DNA from: Lobosporangium transversale
Taxonomy: Eukaryota
NCBI RefSeq assembly: GCF_002105155.1
Contig: NW_019028981.1
Location: 1,240,001 to 1,304,000 of the forward strand
Direction: 5' to 3'
DNA: 64,000 nt
Under the pieces are notes generated by a model that worked only from the letters and a program-made list of their open reading frames with translations, did no database searches and was not told where the DNA came from. Both the position numbers and the translations under genes were made by a program. Positions 63,237-64,000 of the stretch are shown in pieces. The first letter of the stretch is position 1; each line of letters starts with the position of its first letter.

Positions 63237-64000
63237 GCAATAAAAATGTATGCACGAAATTTGGAACACAAGTGTTCCAGGTTTTTATGGGTACTAAATG
63301 CATGCCACACCATATGATAAGTGTGATTTTAAAACTAGCACCAGGTAGGAAACCAGCACTGATTCTGTAGATGTATTCGAAAAACGGCAAAAACCTCCTA
63401 ATATAAATTGAAGCGCGAATCGACTTCCTTTAAGTAAGGAGTCTCATAGCCAGTTATTGAGAAAAACCTTTTTATTTGCAAATCGAAGAAAACATTTATA
63501 ATTTGTATGGTCACGATGCGAACCATGGAAGCTCAGTGCCAGTTTCCACCTTCTTTGAAGAAATAAATTAAATGCATGCAGGAGGCTTGTATCCATTCTG
63601 GCAAATCTTTTAGGGGTGTCCCATTGGTATAAAGGCTAATAAATGTCAACAATACCTTGTTTTCTCCTTTTTCCTTACATCATTGTCTAATAGCGAGCCC
63701 TCATCGAATCCTTCATCAAAAACAGAATATTTCCAGATGGTTTGCGGGGTACAGTGTGCTTTTTACCACACATTGGCTCTTTTTTCTTTTAATGCTTTAC
63801 ACCTGTTTAAGCCCTGGTAGGTTTCTACAAGCGATTTTATAACCATGCATCAACAACGGTTATAAAATTATAAAACTATAAAACCTCGCTTGCAAGCGTC
63901 GAAAGCTCCAATATGTTTTTGAAGCTACTATTGCAAGCAGCTATAGGGAGCCTAGCTTGATTAATACATTTGAAATGCGCTTGTCAGAGGGTTGACCTAT

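Noticed and set aside
1..64000. Many short poly-K/poly-F ORFs; CRISPR arrays, tRNA or rRNA genes
   Set aside because: The ORFs arise from homopolymer tracts; no repeat-spacer array or recognisable tRNA/rRNA was seen.

Overview
AT-rich, intron-containing eukaryotic DNA with many poly(A)/poly(T) tracts. Gene content and splice signals suggest an early-diverging fungus, probably Mucoromycota/Mortierellaceae (inference). 1-34 kb is mostly ordinary genes: the 5' part of RPS25, an AzgA purine permease, a ~1009-aa RNI-like LRR protein rebuilt from two exons, a CNT pseudogene, an FAD monooxygenase, a 2-Cys peroxiredoxin, a DUF4149-like membrane protein and a NEDD1-like WD40 protein. It also holds three adjacent intronless secreted precursors with Kex2-type dibasic sites (21-27 kb); two of them share a promoter and signal peptide but carry unrelated repeat cargos. 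34-64 kb is an accessory region: a six-copy NmrA-like array interrupted by a 15.1-kb insert bounded by 3.5-kb direct repeats. The insert carries a 5'-incomplete SPIN90/Ldb17 gene, two paralogous PD-(D/E)xK nuclease genes, a decayed XPG/FEN1-like nuclease, a 2.2-kb TIR element with a 9-bp TSD and a zinc-finger ORF, and a long GAAA-capped hairpin beside the junction. All gene models and alignments were made by eye.
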